Shown here: in pieces, positions 19,890 to 20,000 of the stretch
How positions within the stretch are numbered: position 1 is the first letter of the stretch
How the letters are laid out: each line of letters begins with the position of its first letter
Assembly: GCF_004010195.1 (NCBI RefSeq)
Contig: NC_057751.1
Coordinates: forward strand, 11,275,649 to 11,295,648
From: Chiloscyllium plagiosum
Taxonomy: Eukaryota
DNA length: 20,000 nt
Direction of reading: 5' to 3'
Made by a program: the position numbers and the translations under genes
Notes under the pieces: model-generated
What the model was told of the DNA's origin: nothing
Seen by the model: the letters and a program-made list of their open reading frames with translations, nothing else
Databases searched by the model: none

Positions 19890-20000
19890 CAGTGAGAGTG
19901 TGAGTGTTTGTGTGTGTGCCTGAGAGAGAGTGTGTGTATGAGAGAGGGTCTGCGTGAGTGTGTGTGTATGTGTGTTTGCATGTGTGTGTCTGAGAGAGAG
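19890..20000 (+). repeat. Compound (TG)n/(GA)n low-complexity tract
   Basis: Interspersed GTGT and GAGA runs up to the window end. Confidence 0.9.

Larger units (their letters stand above)
19421..20000 (-). mobile_element. 3' end of a second-family Penelope-like retroelement, probably continuing past the window
   Basis: The minus strand has a hammerhead-like motif (19502-19474) followed by AATAAA (19464-19459) and a GT-rich terminus. A TG/GA low-complexity tract lies upstream. No ORF is visible in the window. Confidence 0.6.

Overview
Eukaryotic, repeat-rich genomic DNA, almost certainly from a cartilaginous fish (shark). The taxon is inferred from the repeat families: tRNA-derived V-SINEs of HE1 type and their CR1-clade LINE partner. 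No intact protein-coding gene is recognisable. The window holds degenerate CR1 LINE copies (the largest, about 3448-5783, has endonuclease-end and RT motifs and is nested in an older antisense CR1), several HE1-type SINE copies and a CT-rich minisatellite split by a young SINE and a 938-N gap. It also has a CpG-rich probable promoter/first-exon region near 14.2-15.4 kb and two local tandem duplications that each straddle a retroelement 5' junction. The most interesting signal is a set of short, partly palindromic Penelope-like elements. Two of them have 14-bp target-site duplications, and three carry minimal hammerhead-ribozyme cores (CUGANGA-A-stem II-GAAA-NNUH), the best preserved on the minus strand at 19082-19109. 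Family names come from my recall of consensus motifs, not from database searches.
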